DNA of 64,000 bases from Azolla caroliniana (taxonomy: Eukaryota; Plantae; Polypodiophyta), in NCBI GenBank assembly GCA_043228905.1, contig JBHGNT010000003.1:18538001-18602000 (forward strand), read 5' to 3'. The notes beneath the pieces were generated by a model, which worked only from the letters and a program-made list of their open reading frames with translations, was not told the origin of the DNA and searched no databases. Of this stretch, positions 61,161-64,000 are shown piece after piece. Numbering within the stretch: the stretch's first letter is position 1; every line of letters begins with the position of its first letter. A program made the position numbers and the translations under genes.

Positions 61161-63500
61161 AACATGTCATTCACATATAGCAAGAGAATCAAGAAGTCAC
61201 CTTCATTATATCTTTTAACAAACACACAATGATCAGATTGTGTTTTATGGAATCCATGTTCCAACATGAAGGATTCAAACTTCTTATACCATTGTCGTGG
61301 AGCTTGCTTTAGACCATACAAGATTTTCCTTAGTTGACACACCAAATTCTCTTTCCCTTTCTCCACAAAACCTTTGAGCTGCTGCATATAGATCTCGTCG
61401 TCTAATTCCCCATGCAAGAATGTTGTTTTTACATCTAGGTGCTCTATTTCCAAATTCATACTGGCAACAATATTTAACATTGTTCGAATGGATGTCATCT
61501 TTATGATTGGTGCAAATATCTCATCAAAGTTGACCCCCTTATTCTATTGAAATCCCTTTACTACAATTCGGGCCTTGTATCTGGGTGAGGTGCCATCTTC
61601 CCCATTTTTCAACTTGAAGACCCATTTGTTTCTCAGGTATCTCTTACCTTTTGGTAGCTCTACCAAGTCGTAAGTGTAATATTCATGGAAAGAGTCTATC
61701 TCATCTTGTAGTACACTCTGCCATCTCTCCTTGTGCTCATCTGCTATGGGTTCTTCATTACATTCTGGCTTATCTTCATCAATCACTAAGACATACTAAC
61801 TGGAGTATCAAGAGGGTGCCTTCCTTTGTCTGAGTGGATATCTTCTACCTCCCATGGCCGGCTCAAGTTTGGATGTATCTGCCAACTCTTCACTCAGCTC
61901 GGGTTCATACATGTTGACCGATTTCTGAAGGTTGACCAACTCTGACTCATATGCCTCAATCGATCTCTGTAGGTCAATAGAATCCGACTCATATATATAT
62001 ATATTAGTTGGTTGCTCCAAGTCAACCAACTCGGATTCGGCTGTATTGACTTTCTATCTCCTATCATCCGACTGTGTAGAGTAGACTAGTCCTAAGTCCA
62101 TAGCTATGTGAGTCGACTGGAATGACGACCCCAACTTTTGTTGTTTCCAGTCTTCAATCATCTTGTCTTCCAAGAACACAATGTCCCGACTCCTCACCAC
62201 TTTCTTGTGAAGTAAATCCCATAGCTTGTGGCCGAACTCATCTTCAGAGTACCCTAGCAATATGCATGGTTTCGACTTGTTATCCAACTTTGACCTCTGG
62301 TCCTTTGCAACATGCATATATGCCAAGCATCCGAACACCTTCAAGTGTTGATAGGACATATCTTTACCTATCCACACACATTGTGGGACATCACCTTTCA
62401 AGGGAACTAAGGGAGACCTATTAATTAGATAGGCAGTGTTCAACATGGCGTCAGCCTAATACGACTTTCGAAGCTTTGCATGTGACAACATGCTCCTCAC
62501 TCTTTCCATTATTGTTCAATTCATCCTCTCTGCAAGACCATTCAATTTAGGGGTCTTAGGCACTATATATTCTTAGACTAGTCTTATGCCTTGAATCTTG
62601 CAATACGCCTCGAACTGTCCTTTGTATTCGCCACCATTGTCGGTCCAAACAACCTTCAATTTTCTTCCAGACTCTCTTTCAGCTCTGACCTGAAATTCCT
62701 TAAAGACCGACAACACTTGGTCTTTCGACTTTAGCACGAAAGCACACAACTTTCTGTTGTAGTCGTCAATGAATGTCACAAAGTATTGTCCACCTCGATG
62801 TGATTGAGCATTCACATAACACACATCTGTGTGGACTAATTCTAGTGCACATTCTCTTCTCTTTGGTGGTCTTGAATGAAATGTAGCTTTGTTTTGCTTT
62901 CCGACCAGACACTCTACACATTTCTCCAAGTGTATCCCTTTTACTTCCGGAAGAAGTTTCTTGTCAGCCAGAATATGCATGCCTTTCTCACTCACGTGAC
63001 CAAGCCTCTTATGCCATAGCTCTCCACTTGAGTCGACTGCTGCATTTTCTCCATTCTTGGACAAATTGGCATCCATCACATACAATATCCCTTGTTTTTG
63101 TGCTTGGGCCACAATGAGATTTCCCTTACAAAACTTCTACATGCCAATTTGAAAATTACCTCTGTCACCTTCATCGTCCAATCTTCCAATCGATATCAAA
63201 TTCAGCCTGATATCAGGCACATGTCAAAAATCCTTTAGGATAAGTCTGCAACCAGTCGATGTTGTCAAACATACACTTCTGATCCCGGCTATCTTGCATG
63301 CTCCATTATCTCCCATCTTTAAACAACCATAGTCACTGGTTGTGTACTTAGATGAGAAACATTCTCTCGAGTTAAATGGAACGATGCACAAGAGTCAATC
63401 ACCCAAGTGCACTCTTCATTTGTGAGGTTTACACTTTCTTGCTCGCAAATGAACAAGAGCTCTTCTTCACTTGTAGCCACGACTGAAGTGCCCTTCACTT
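61161..63500 (-). mobile_element. Decayed Tnt1/Tork-like copia internal region (PR-INT-RT)
   Basis: LWHKRLGH, WTDNGGEY, HLDVKTTFLHGEL, LLYVNDM; cut at 61161 by the next element's LTR. Confidence 0.85.
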
Positions 63501-63678
63501 GTAGCCAGGACTATGCCCTTTGTATATAAAGGACATAGGAACATTGTACAAGCTAGCGTAGTTTTGGAGCATACGTTCTCTAATATAGTACTGTCTTCTC
63601 TTATCTCTGTCTTGAGTCTCCTTTGCCTCTATCTCTGTGTCGATACATAACGTAATTGTTTGAAGGTTAGTAGCGTGT

Positions 63679-64000
63679 TGTCGTGAAGTATGAAAGCTTC
63701 ACATCAAAAGCCTACAATAAGATAAATACATAACTAAAATAAAAAGAACCTTGATAGTGTTTTATATAATATTATACATTATATAGGTAAATAAAGTAAA
63801 ACACTATATTATGAGGACAAGAGAGGACTTGAACTAACAACCTTTACCTTATGAGCCTCACATGTTACCAATTAGCCAACATTCATGATATTGAAGTAAT
63901 ATATAGAAAGAAAAAGAATTGTATTATATGTGCTAGAGAGGACTCAAACCCACAATGTCAACTTTGAAAGCCTCACTCACTACCACTTAGCCAATACTCA
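63679..64000 (+). mobile_element. Probable start of another TGTCGTGAAG-type LTR with two tandem antisense tRNA-like units
   Basis: TGTCGTGAAG terminus; A/B boxes at 63878-63825 and 63993-63940. The other end lies outside the window. Confidence 0.55.

Noticed and set aside
46797-61165. AATAT/AACAT as the TSD of one 14-kb copia element
   Set aside because: The left flank is not the continuation of the RT interrupted at 61161; probably a chance match.
63500-63678. TATA-containing, CT-rich segment resembling an LTR fragment
   Set aside because: Neither terminus nor a TSD could be defined in this window.

Overview
Plant nuclear DNA, probably from a non-seed land plant (inferred from the TE lineages, not proven). 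One intact host gene, a 12-exon LAMMER/AFC kinase (40055-45126, +, 442 aa), sits between two blocks of nested retrotransposons. These comprise several Ty1/copia elements, a tRNA-Trp-primed non-chromoviral Ty3/gypsy family (two full-length copies, two deleted copies, several solo LTRs), two chromoviruses, a LINE RT fragment and a two-exon villin pseudogene fragment. Main observations: (1) tRNA-derived A-box/B-box cassettes lie antisense in the U3 of LTRs from two unrelated gypsy lineages; (2) the Trp-primed family makes 4-bp TSDs always centred on CpG; (3) it carries a conserved G-GAU-UUU-UAG candidate -1 frameshift between protease and RT; (4) a gag+integrase-only chromovirus appears to self-prime; (5) a villin fragment is fused in frame to a copia remnant. 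Coordinates were read by eye and no database searches were run, so novelty is unverified.
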